From positions 1-64,000 of the forward strand of contig OZ361256.1 of NCBI GenBank assembly GCA_977018835.1: a stretch of 64,000 nucleotides of DNA. The letters are read 5' to 3'. The stretch comes from Minutocellus sp. GHC0000111 (taxonomy: Eukaryota). The notes under the pieces are model-generated. The model did no database searches, had not been told where the DNA came from, and saw only the letters and a list, made by a program, of their open reading frames with translations. This document shows, piece by piece, positions 53,393 to 64,000 of this stretch (positions are counted from its first letter, which is position 1; each line of letters opens with the position of its first letter). A program made the position numbers and the translations under genes.

Positions 53393-56300
53393 TTATGCCT
53401 TTGCTTTGGACTTTGTCACCAAAGGCTTTACGGTGGAGGCGTAAGCATCGGGACCAAATTCGTTGGCAATAAACTTCTTGAAAGACGCTGAATACCAACG
53501 ATTCTTGATGTGATTCTCCGATCTCGAGGAATTGAAGCATTTCGTACTAATCTCGACCCAACGCTTGCCGAACTCCTTGTGACCATTCCAGAGAAGAAGG
53601 TCGTCTTCACGTGAGAAGGGCACGTGGTTGATGTTGGGATTCAAATGATTCACCCAACGATCGCGGATCTGCTTGCCAACGCGGCCAGGGAGCTTCGAGG
53701 CTAGACCTGACCACCGAGTGAAGGGCTGTTCGGCTGAGGTGGTGACTGCCTCGACGACGATCGCATCTTCCTGATCAGTCCACTGACCCTTGCGCACTCC
53801 TGGCTTGAGATAGCGAATCCAGCGGTCGTGGCACTCCTTGGCACTCTTACCTCTTGCGTGCTCTCGAGCGACGGGCTCCCAATCGCGAGGATTCTTGTAC
53901 TTCTTCATTACATCGATCAGCTTGGTATCGTCCTCCTTGGTCCAGTTGAAGATAGCCCCAGACGGTCCCTGGATATGCGGCTTAGGTGCCATCATCATCG
54001 ATGGGTGTCCCATTCCTGGCCGGGGAGGGATGGGTCCAGGATGACCAGAGGGCATCAGGTAAACAGGAGGAGGAGGACCCTTGCCGATCTGACCCTGAGG
54101 TGGGACGCGAAAGTCTGCCGAAGGGGGAAGGTAGGCATTGGGGACGCCTGGCTTGGGATATCCTGGAGACTGGTGGGGAGAGTACATTGATGTATTGGGG
54201 TGCGCGTACCCTTGCATATGAGGAGGTGGAGGTGCATAAGACATGCCAGAACCTGCTGATGACCAGGATGGGGCGTGGGGGGGATACTGGGTGGCACCGG
54301 GAGACTGCCAAGAATGGGCGGTGGGGATGGACGACATGGTGTAGGCCGACTCAAAGGTACCTGTGCGACTGATGAGGCCTCCTCCTGGCAAGGATTGATT
54401 GCGAGAATCAACAGATGGTTGGTGCTGATGCGTCGGCATTTGGCCCGCCGGTGTCAAGGAGGACTTGTCGTCCTTCTTTTTATTCGCAACGCTTGCATCT
54501 TGACCTTCCTTCTTCTTATCATTTGCGTTAGAATCCTGCGGCCCCTGTGCGAGACCCGCCTGAGTCAGCATGTGATAGTCATTGGTAAAGCTAAAGGATG
54601 AAAAGAGACCAGGGCCGTGCTCTCCAGATGCCCCTGATCCAACGGACATGTTCCCAACGAATGAGTCCTGGCCGTGAATCTCCCAGGATGGCATCGAGTG
54701 AGGAATCTCGTCTTGGCTACCATTACCAGCCTTTTGCATGGGAAGACCGAGACCGAGGGAGCCAGAGCTGACAGAGGAGCCAGGCCTGGGGGGAAGACCG
54801 GCTCCGTAGCTGGGCAGCTTGACTGCGTCCTTGGAGAAGCTAGGCATGGAATCAATAGAGAAGGAGTAATTCGGCATGCCTGGTGAGGCAGTGAGATATG
54901 CCAGCTTGGGTCCTCCGATGGCCGAGCCGGTGCTCGAGGATGCAGTGATTGCTGCGGCGGCAGGATCTTGCTTCGCCTTGCTCCCCGGAGAGCCCGGCGG
55001 GGTACAGCTGATGCTCAACGGCGTCGCCTTGCCCTTCTCGAGAAGCTCCGCATCCTTGCCATCCTTGGAGTTGATGGACTTGACGATCGGATCGCCCTTG
55101 CCCCTCTTTGTGGGTCTCGTCTTCGCACCAACTTCGACACTGCGGATCTCGTCGAGATCATCAGAGCGCTTTCCGTCGTCATCACCTCTCTCCTCGCGAC
55201 TGCGCTTAGATCCAGCCCCAATGAGATCATCAGGAGCAATGGAATTGTCGAGAGAATTGCCACGTACATGGCGCGAAGTGGACGTTGCGACTGTGGCGAA
55301 GAGTCCCAAGCTACCGGAACTGCCCGAGCCACATTGCAGAAGATCGGGGGCATCAGTACCGGTTGTATCCAGGTGCTCTTGGACCGAGGCAACGCAACTG
55401 AGGGCGTCGAGCTTGTCGGTATCAAGATGAGAACCAGGCGACTTGCCCAGGTGGGATAGAGATGATACCGCGCGGCCCGTCTCGATCTGATCGGTCGGAG
55501 TCTTGGATCTCCCGTTGTCGTCCACCTTGTTGGCCTTGTCGTTCTTGTGCTTGGCCTCGTTGGCAGCCTTCATCTGAGCCTCGTCGACGGACTGTACCTG
55601 GTGGAGCATACCCCAGGAGTCGGCGCTAGCATCGTCGCTGTTGCTGGCGGCTGTGGCCTTCTCGCGCTGCTGCTGGGCATTCTTGTAGGCGTTGAGGTCG
55701 TGGGAGAGCGCCGCCGGCTTGTTGATGCCGCCGCTGCTTCCGTCGTCCTTGCTGTCGCCATCGTTGGATCCCTTGGACTTGAGGTTCTCGAACGAGGACG
55801 AAACGGCACGCGAGAAGGCGGCGGTGTCCTGCTCCATCTGCTGCCGTTGCTGCTTCGGTTGGTGCTGGAGGTACTGGTGAGGAATGTGGGGCGGATGGAG
55901 TCTACCTTGACCAGGAGGAGCTGGACCGACGGGAGGGAAGCCCATGGGAGGATATCCGTGGGGGGCACGTTGCTGATGGTGCTGGAACGACGCAGCATGT
56001 TGCTGCAGTTGCTCCCATGAACTGGAACCGCCCACGCTGCCACTGCCAACGCTTCCGGAATGCTGCGGCATTCCACCTCTGTAGCTGCCTGGCGATACAG
56101 TCTGAGGTGGAGGAGGACCACCGGCCTTGTAGCCAAAGGGAGGCATGTGAGGATTGGGCGTATGGGGAGGGGGCGGCCCACCTGGTCCGTATTGCGGTGG
56201 CATCTGCTGACCTTGAGGCCCATAACGTGCATACTGCTGCTGAGGGTAGTAACCCGCCCCAGCGTGATGAGGAGGATGATGAGGATGCCATTGCTGATGC

Positions 56301-56764
56301 TGATGGGGGGCAGCTGGCCATGGATGACCGGCCGGCAGAGGAGGTCCCGTCATGCCGACTGGTCCAGCTCCGAGCGGGGGCATCCCTCCTGGACCAGGTG
56401 CTGGGCCAGGAACAAAATTGCCTGCACCGCTGTTGGGGGCACCACCAGCGCCAGTGCCAGTGCCAAAGGCCTTGTTCTTGTTGCAGTGCTTCGGAGTCTG
56501 AGCCTGTCGAAAGGCAGTACGAGACGCTTCGGTACCACCTGACGATTTGGACCCCGATGAGGACTTGGACTGGTCGTTCACATCTGTGCTGATGATAGGA
56601 GGTTGCCTCTTGCCCTTGGACGGTGTCGTGGCGGAAGCACCCTCAGTTGGCACTGAATCTGCTGCTGCCGTCATCGGCGGAGGCGACGACTCATGGTGCT
56701 TCATGGCATCGGCACCTGGCTTGGGACCGACCGGTGCGACCGCAGGGGCTTCAGCTGAAATCAT
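53393..56764 (-). CDS. R1R2R3 (three-repeat) MYB transcription factor with long disordered N-terminus
   Basis: WTKEDD...W...KSAKECHDRW; GQWTDQED...W...GRVGKQIRDRWVNHLNP; FSREDD...GKRWVEIS...RSENHIKNRWY. Confidence 0.92.
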   Translation of the reverse strand: MISAEAPAVAPVGPKPGADAMKHHESSPPPMTAAADSVPTEGASATTPSKGKRQPPIISTDVNDQSKSSSGSKSSGGTEASRTAFRQAQTPKHCNKNKAFGTGTGAGGAPNSGAGNFVPGPAPGPGGMPPLGAGPVGMTGPPLPAGHPWPAAPHQHQQWHPHHPPHHAGAGYYPQQQYARYGPQGQQMPPQYGPGGPPPPHTPNPHMPPFGYKAGGPPPPQTVSPGSYRGGMPQHSGSVGSGSVGGSSSWEQLQQHAASFQHHQQRAPHGYPPMGFPPVGPAPPGQGRLHPPHIPHQYLQHQPKQQRQQMEQDTAAFSRAVSSSFENLKSKGSNDGDSKDDGSSGGINKPAALSHDLNAYKNAQQQREKATAASNSDDASADSWGMLHQVQSVDEAQMKAANEAKHKNDKANKVDDNGRSKTPTDQIETGRAVSSLSHLGKSPGSHLDTDKLDALSCVASVQEHLDTTGTDAPDLLQCGSGSSGSLGLFATVATSTSRHVRGNSLDNSIAPDDLIGAGSKRSREERGDDDGKRSDDLDEIRSVEVGAKTRPTKRGKGDPIVKSINSKDGKDAELLEKGKATPLSISCTPPGSPGSKAKQDPAAAAITASSSTGSAIGGPKLAYLTASPGMPNYSFSIDSMPSFSKDAVKLPSYGAGLPPRPGSSVSSGSLGLGLPMQKAGNGSQDEIPHSMPSWEIHGQDSFVGNMSVGSGASGEHGPGLFSSFSFTNDYHMLTQAGLAQGPQDSNANDKKKEGQDASVANKKKDDKSSLTPAGQMPTHQHQPSVDSRNQSLPGGGLISRTGTFESAYTMSSIPTAHSWQSPGATQYPPHAPSWSSAGSGMSYAPPPPHMQGYAHPNTSMYSPHQSPGYPKPGVPNAYLPPSADFRVPPQGQIGKGPPPPVYLMPSGHPGPIPPRPGMGHPSMMMAPKPHIQGPSGAIFNWTKEDDTKLIDVMKKYKNPRDWEPVAREHARGKSAKECHDRWIRYLKPGVRKGQWTDQEDAIVVEAVTTSAEQPFTRWSGLASKLPGRVGKQIRDRWVNHLNPNINHVPFSREDDLLLWNGHKEFGKRWVEISTKCFNSSRSENHIKNRWYSASFKKFIANEFGPDAYASTVKPLVTKSKAKA

Positions 56765-57676
56765 TGTCAGTACGATATTCTTCCTTCCGTGTCTGATATT
56801 GATCAGTGGATATTTTGGTGGGGGGTTGAGCAATACAATGAAGCCGTGGAGGAATTCGAACGATTGCAGAGGATATGTGGAGATGCCAATGGTGAGGAAA
56901 AACAGAACGAAGAGAAATGATGTCGTTGGAGTTGGAGCCCGACCAGTTGAGCGTTCAACCCACAATGCAAAGAGAGACAGTTGTCACCCAACTCTTTTCT
57001 ATGACATTCAAAAGCCAGGAACCAGCGAAGAGAAACGTTCTCTCAGCGGTCTTTGCCTTGAGTATCGACTGTATGTATGTGGGCGGAAATTCAGTCCAAT
57101 CCAATCAGTCGGAAACACAACACGTCGCGTGCCACGATTGCTCCGCACCTTTTTTGACTCCCGCAAGTATAACTTTTTCCTCAACTTCCGAGATGGAGGT
57201 ATCAACGCGCAGAGATACCCGATCCCCTCGAGTAATATCTACGTAGCAATCGCTCTTGCGTCTCTATTTGATTCTTTCCTTTGTCGTGCAAGTCGATGCG
57301 ATACGATCCAATTCATCTCATCGCCAACACTGAAAAAGAAAAACCAAAGTCACTCGCTGAAAATTGATGCTGGAATTTGACGCCGGGTGTCATTTGGTGC
57401 GAACTTTCTCTTGAACATCATGTTTTCATCATGGAAACTATTCTTTGAATGTACGTACTCGCTCAAAGTAGGTTAGGTACGTACGTGCTTTACACGTACG
57501 TACGTGTTGTTCCTGATCGATGGCGGCAGTTGGTGGAAGAAAAAGCCCTTTCCTGAGTCTCTCCTCCTCTCTCTGATGAATTGCCTCTAGCTACGTAGCT
57601 AGATACTACTACTAAAGAATGAAATATACAAGTGGAATCTACACACAATTGTTGGTCTCTCATCGCATCTCTCACG

Positions 57677-59119
57677 TCATGTGTCGATAATCCGTCGCAT
57701 GTGCATGGGCCGCCCTTCCATCATTGATGAAGGCTTCTGCTCCTTGCCGCTGCTGTTGTTTTCAATGCTGGTCATTTCCACTCTCTCCGGGAAAAGCCCA
57801 CCATCCTCAGATCTATGGCTTGTCATGTTCTTAGCGACAGGCACATCATTTTGCATGACCAAATTGTAACGGATCGGCTCTCCATAGTCATCGATACCCA
57901 AAATGTAGTACGCTCCGACACTGGCCATGACGAAATTAAGTGGATCATCGTTGGAAGCCAACTGCAGTGGAAGCAATAGAGTGATAACATTCAGGCCACC
58001 GACATTGATGATTGTTGAACAAAGGAATCGGAGCCAAAGGAATAGCGAATTGGGCGACAGCCGAATGGTAGCTTCGTTTGAAAAGCCTCTCACACTGCAG
58101 GATGTCAATACCATGTGGGGTCGATGATACATTAGATATGATGGCGGTTCCCAGCAATAGGAATTATTCATTCGCGCTGCACGCAGTGCATTTCCCCAGA
58201 ATGAAAAGTGAGAGTGGATGCTCTTCAATAACACATCTTGTCCCGACATGTAGGCAATCTGCATTAAAATACCGCAACAGTAGAAAGTGTAGAGTCTCTG
58301 ACTGCTCAGGTCGGGCTTCCCATCGTCAACGACATTGAACGCATACATGGAAAGGAGTATCATCTGCCCAAGTCCCAGGAGCAGCGTTCGGCTTCCGTCC
58401 CTTCCGATGTCCTGATATATATCACCGGCAACAAGCTGAGATGTGCTAATCAAAGGCTTGAAAAAGCTCATTTCGACGAAATGCTTGGCAAATAGTAATG
58501 GGTTTCCGTGCAGCTCATCTTTTAGGTTGTGGAGTACAGTATCTGTTGGATTACTGGCGCGTTGTCTGGAGAGTTTTTGGCGTCGACTATTACTACCAGT
58601 AGCATTGTCATTGACGTCATCGAATGCGAAGGCATTCTCGCCAATGGTCTCGGAAACGTAAGACATCCAAAGTGTTGCGATGACTCCGATCAGTAGCGTC
58701 CATGCCAACACGGCATAAACCACTATTCGAATCGTTGCGCCAAAGTTTAACTGTATTCCTCCCAATATTGCCATCGATATGGAGGCCTGGACCAGCGCAA
58801 GAAATATGGTCTGAAAGTTATATCTGGCATCGAGCATGGAAGACTTGCGGATGTTGATGTCGGCATCGGACTTGGCCACGTTGTCCGAACTGACCAGTAT
58901 GGATCGAGTGAGTGAAGCCGTCCAGTCAACATCTTGGCCACGACCGGAAGCAATGAGATATTCCCGTTCTCTCTTGTACTGCAGCAGAACAAGGACTATG
59001 AAGCAAACAACAATGACGACCCAGATGGCACCTGCGGAAAGGAACGCCACAGATGCCGGTTGGTAGTCGCCAGAAGATGCATCGGCAGCATCTTCCAAGG
59101 CTCGAGTTATGATGGTCAT
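57677..59119 (-). CDS. Multi-pass membrane protein of unknown function (480 aa)
   Basis: Intact ORF with about 7 hydrophobic segments. Confidence 0.7.
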   Translation of the reverse strand: MTIITRALEDAADASSGDYQPASVAFLSAGAIWVVIVVCFIVLVLLQYKREREYLIASGRGQDVDWTASLTRSILVSSDNVAKSDADINIRKSSMLDARYNFQTIFLALVQASISMAILGGIQLNFGATIRIVVYAVLAWTLLIGVIATLWMSYVSETIGENAFAFDDVNDNATGSNSRRQKLSRQRASNPTDTVLHNLKDELHGNPLLFAKHFVEMSFFKPLISTSQLVAGDIYQDIGRDGSRTLLLGLGQMILLSMYAFNVVDDGKPDLSSQRLYTFYCCGILMQIAYMSGQDVLLKSIHSHFSFWGNALRAARMNNSYCWEPPSYLMYHRPHMVLTSCSVRGFSNEATIRLSPNSLFLWLRFLCSTIINVGGLNVITLLLPLQLASNDDPLNFVMASVGAYYILGIDDYGEPIRYNLVMQNDVPVAKNMTSHRSEDGGLFPERVEMTSIENNSSGKEQKPSSMMEGRPMHMRRIIDT

Positions 59120-59527
59120 TGATCCATTGGCCGACTGATCACCAACATCAACAGTAGGCCTACATGTACATCAAACGGGGTCGATCGCTGCTTCAATAAA
59201 TACCAGGTGCTTTGTTTTTGTTCTGCAGTCAGTTCCTCTCTTCCGGCTCTTCCGCCTCACTTCCTCACTCTTTGTTTGTGCATGGGGACGGACAGACGAA
59301 CTCAACTCGACAACGCAACGAACAACGCAACGCCGGACCAATCTCCACCCCGTCGGTGCCGCCGTGGCATAAACGTCCCACGGGGTGTTGTTAGGACGAC
59401 CATTAGAATCCCTAAAGTGGTCTCATATTGTCTTTATAGTGCCATCTGATTGATTGATTTACTCTGCTAAGGTACTCGAAGCACACCGGATTTTCTCTGA
59501 GTCATATAGTCCAATAATTTTAGCGGC

Positions 59528-62500
59528 ATGTCGAGTTCCGTCGACGTAAGTAAATTGAATGAATTGTTCGTTCACCTCATATGTTTTTTGGTTTAATCGC
59601 TTCAGACCGGTTTATGTCGAATCGGTGATATTATCGTAAAAGATTTGTGCGGTCGCGATGGTCCGTTTTTATTGAGTATTATGTGCCTTCTTCTTACCAT
59701 TTGTTATGAACTGTTACCGCGGCGGCGATTGCCCACCCAATACGCCTTTCTTGCCCCATTCTATAACTGAACAGGGTGATAATGGTGGCAGGTCAACCCG
59801 GAAATGGGGTAGACGTGGCAAACCACGAAAGAATACGTCCATAGACGATGTGACCTGTGAAGATATATTTTCTTTACACCTCCCAGAACATGGTGATAGT
59901 AAGTCCACATCGAATAATAGTAATAATAATGGTGGCGCATCGGCATCAAGTGGTGGGGCAGCTGCAGCTTCAGGAGATGGTTGTTACGTATCGGCTTTGA
60001 TTCACAATCGAAGGTATTACGGCGTCCTCTTCGATCAAGAAGCGCTGAAAGCGGCAACTAAACAGCATTTCACCAACGAGGCCAACTCGCTTGAATTGAA
60101 CAATCGAATGAAGTCCTTGGCATCTGTTAGAACTCAGGACACAACATCTGAAGACGATGCTGATGATAATGCCGTCACCGAAGCACAAGAACCTAATGCA
60201 AAGAGACAAAGAACTGATATCAGTGATGGTGGGAAGAATTCTTCGGAAAACATTGTGTTGGAGGATGATAATAAACCGGTCGAGAAGCTTCGGCTGATAG
60301 AGCCAAAGGGGTCTTTTGCCGACAACACCAACGGCCAGCCATACCGAGAACTTGTCGCAACATACGCATCCATATCGGCTGCTTCAGAGGATGACAGGGA
60401 AAAGGCACTGCTGATTCAGGATGCGTGTCGTTCTGGAGGAGGCTGGGTTGGCAAATATTACTACCATTTTGAGGATTCTCGTGGAATCATGGATGGCGTT
60501 ACCATGGGCAAATCTCACGGAACAAGAAGCTATCGCCTTTCAATGGGCATGGATGCATTCCTTCGGAATACTTCTCTTCCTCCATGGTACCCACTTGCCA
60601 ATCTAGAGTGTGGACAAAGCCAAATCATGAACATGCTTAATATCAAGCCTGATAAGAAGGGTGGCGGAATCTCAGCGACATCGGCTGCGTCTGTAGAAGC
60701 CTTACTACCGATGGATCAACGGACGTGCTTCCGCGTTGGAGTCATTGGAGGCGGTATCGCTGGCTTAGCATGTGCTCATGAATTACTCCGTCTGTCCAAG
60801 TCGGAAGGACTCAACATGGAAGTTATTCTTCTCGAAGCCCGGGATCGCATCGGTGGGCGTTTGCTTACTGATCGCGATTCCTTCCAGAAATTTGATGGGT
60901 CTCCGGTCGCCGTTGACATGGGAGCTTCGTGGATCCACGGCGTGACGGACAATCCGCTCACAGCGCTTTCAAGAGAAGCAAACGTCGATCTGATCACAAG
61001 CATTGGGGATGTCAAGATGCTTGGGGCTGGTATGAAGGAGATTGATCGGTCTGTTGATGATAAGATGGGCGATCTGTTTGATTCTTTGCTAGATAAGGGT
61101 GCTGCTGAGTGTTGGAAGCGAGAGGAGAGTGCCAGCGTTGTTAGATCAAAGGCCGCTCAAAAAGTATGTCGCTGGTACGGCTCTGTCCTCGGGAAGGATA
61201 CTGGCAGCGAGCAGTCTGATCCCCCGAGGACTTCGCCTCCTTCTCATCGAACGTCTACGGATATTACCATCGATAATGCTATCGGAGCTGCCATGAGAGG
61301 GAGGGAGGAATTCGAATATCTTTCAATGCAAGAGCATTCACTCCTTCGTTGGTATTGTGAGAATGCGCAATATGCGCTTGGAGCGGACATGAAAGATCTC
61401 AGCATGATGTTCTGGGATAGTGATGAGACCCATGCGTTCGAAGGGGATCATGTCTACATCAAGCAGGGGTATTCGTCACTCATTGATCATCTACTTCAGA
61501 AATGCGAGGCATATGGTGACGCCTTCAAGATCGTTCGGGACTTTCCAGTTGGCAAGTTGGAATTTGCACGGAATAGTACCTCTCACCCCTATCAAGATAC
61601 AGAAGCGTCGTTTTCTAAGTCTACCACCCGTATTGATTTATCGGACGCATGCAGTGCCACTTCCATGGATGGTAAATCCAGTCACAACTTCGACTTTGCG
61701 GTTTGTGCAGTTCCTCTTGGAGTGCTCAAGGACAGTGTGGATAGCGTGGCATCCAAATCTACCCCCGCTACTACAGCCAATCCCTCTTTGTCCGACCCAT
61801 CGGCAAAAGCATGTGATAGGCTAACGTTCGAACCACCGCTGCCGTTCTCCAAGAGAGATTCCATCAAGAATGTTGGCTTTGGATTGCTGAACAAGGTTTA
61901 TCTACAATTTCCTACCTCCTTTTGGCGTCGGCCGGGCGATAGAGCATCCCTCGAGGGGACTCCATTTCTGGGCAAGGGGAGTGAAATCTTTGGCAATGCA
62001 TCGGGTCACAACGCACAGCACTACATGTTTCTTGATGTAGGAAGAACCCTCAACCGAGATGATGTAGAGCCACCGGCGATCCTAATGACCTTGATCTCTG
62101 GCTCCGAGGCCGTGATGGCTGAGAGAATGTCTGATGCAGCGCTTACCGATGACATAATGTCTACGCTGAAGATATTATATTCAGATATGGATGTACCGAC
62201 GCCGACGAGTGTTCGAATTACACGATGGGGTGGCAATCAGTTTTCGAGGGGGTGCTACACATTTCTTCCTCCAGGGACTTCTGATCAGGACTACTTCCTT
62301 CTTCAGGCTCCGTGTAATTCCAAGGGAGAAGCATTCATGGTAAACAAATCGGAGACAATGCGTCTCTTTTTTTGTGGGGAGCACACTACCAGCCTTCATC
62401 CGTCGATGGCCCACGGTGCATATCTCTCCGGCCTTCGAGCTGCGGCGGATGTTTTGAAGTACACAAAGCCAAACGCTGCCAGACCAATCAAGCTGAAGAC

Positions 62501-64000
62501 ATGTCGATTCCGATATCCATTTATCGACAGAAGAATCCACACGTAGCTCTGACCTGCAATTTATGCTTGCAGCCGGGCAATAGAAAGAGAGAGGGCGCGC
62601 TTTTGGCATTTCAGAAGGGAGGACGGAGAAATGCTGCTCATTCCAATTGCGCCGCGACCTGTCCTGAGGTTTCTCTCGAGAAGGGTATCTGGAAGAATGT
62701 GACCCGCGCATGCGCTCGAGGGTCAAAGTTGGCGTGCCTCTCGTGTGGCCAAAAGGGGGCGACGATAGGATGCACCTTTGGGACCGACGCTTGTCTCTTA
62801 TCGTACCACTTTCGTTGTGCGGAGAATACCGGCTGGAACTTCGATCGCGATGGAAAGGCCTTCTTCTGCGATTTGCACCGTATGTATGCACCCAACTTTT
62901 CGAAACTCCGTCTGATATCGAAAGAATTCTATTCTCTGAAGAATCCCAACACGCCCATTGTTTGTTCGCTATGCAAAAATGAGGATGGAGGGGCGGCGAG
63001 TAGCTGTGGCGATCTTCTGGCGTTCCGCCAGGGTGCGAAGCAAATCTTGGCTCATTCGAATTGTCTGCGCCACACCACGGTGGTGAAAACTCTCGTCGAA
63101 GACCCTGTAGGTGAAGACGACGGTGATAGCGGTGTGATGAACCAGGATGAAGAGGATAGTCTCGGTGGTGATGACGTAGAGGAAGAAGAATATCAAAACG
63201 TGTTCGAAGCCTTTGAAGCAGCTAAGCAGTGTGCCGAGTGTGAAGGCTCGGGAGCCACAATTCAATGTTCACGTGAAAACTGCCCTCGTTTCTATCATCT
63301 CATGTGTGCTGAAGACGTGACTGATTGGACATTTGACAGTCGAAAGCGAGGTTTTGTATGTGACCGACATTCAGATCTGACTGATTCGAATGGGTTCGGG
63401 CCAATCAATAACCTGGAGAAGTCCTCTAACGATCACGATCCGACCGATACAAAGAAGCAGCTTCCTGACTCAGAAACAAATGGGAATAGCATCGGCAAAG
63501 ATGGTGCGAGTACCAACGGAAGCAAGCCTTCTACTCCGACCAAACTCCCTGCCTTTTTACAGCATGATCTCTTTTGCAAGGGTGCTGGAACTGTTGGCAA
63601 TAGCACCTCATCATCACACAGATCGCCACGGAAGCGGAACTACAAACCATCAAACGAATACATCTTCCATGCCGCAAGAGACTCTGAAGAGAGCGGTGAG
63701 AATGGAAAATCTTCCAATACTGAAGATAGTCAGGGCAAGACCAACAATATGGATGGCGGACAATCCGTCTCACTTTACGAAAGGGTGCTCACTGAGAGAC
63801 TTACCGTGGATCCCCATCATGCTGACCCCAAAAGGTTTGGTAAGTGGTTCCAAACAACCACAACGGCCAAGAGGGCGGGCACGACAATCCCATGGAATTT
63901 GCAATTATCCGTGGTAGATCATAGCGTCGAATCTTCTGGAGCAGCGGCTGCATCATTGTCGCCTTCATTATCACCTCCTTCTCCGGCTACTCGGCCATTG
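59528..64000 (+). CDS. LSD1/KDM1-like FAD amine oxidase with two C-terminal extended PHD (ePHD) fingers; runs off the window; frameshift ~62490
   Basis: Micro-exon 59528-59545 and intron 59546-59774. VIGGGIAGL, LEARDRIGGR, DMGASWIHG, GFGLLNKVYLQF, FCGEHT...MAHGAYLSGLRAA. From ~62501 an open frame encodes CNLC...HSNC...CLSC...ATIGC...YHFRC...FFCDLH and CSLC...HSNC...CAEC...ATIQC...YHLMC...FVCDRH. Confidence 0.85.

Noticed and set aside
62879..62960. GTATGT donor-like site after the first ePHD
   Set aside because: The frame stays open through a sensible linker into the second ePHD; no intron is needed.

Overview
Gene-dense eukaryotic nuclear DNA, most consistent with a diatom or related photosynthetic stramenopile. 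This rests on short GT-AG introns, bipartite plastid/periplastid targeting peptides and a signal-peptide-bearing CDC48. About 24 genes or gene remnants are present, including PIG-W/GWT1 (partial), pyruvate dehydrogenase kinase, a La-related protein, a BIG/Sec7 ARF-GEF, a MYND protein, a JmjC-methyltransferase fusion, DUF445, SRPBCC, WW-cyclin Y, DCP1, CBF5/dyskerin, periplastid CDC48, a saccharopine-dehydrogenase-like protein, DDX3/DED1, an ankyrin protein, a three-repeat MYB and an LSD1-like amine oxidase with two ePHD fingers (partial). The 22-30 kb segment is accessory. It holds a fully delimited 3.58 kb DD39D mariner element (perfect 30-bp TIRs, TA TSD) whose defective transposase carries a PHD-like finger and a Tudor/KOW-like module, a truncated JmjC-MTase gene, and an internally deleted Chapaev/Transib(RAG1)-like transposase relic. 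Intergenic DNA is strongly enriched in chained TA-bounded palindromes (TACCGGTA, TACATGTA, TAGATCTA, TAGGCCTA, TAGGAATTCCTA). These look like stacked Tc1/mariner excision footprints, and one class matches the ends of the resident element exactly. Many conserved genes carry frameshifts and odd substitutions, so the consensus may be error-prone. All calls are by eye, without database searches.
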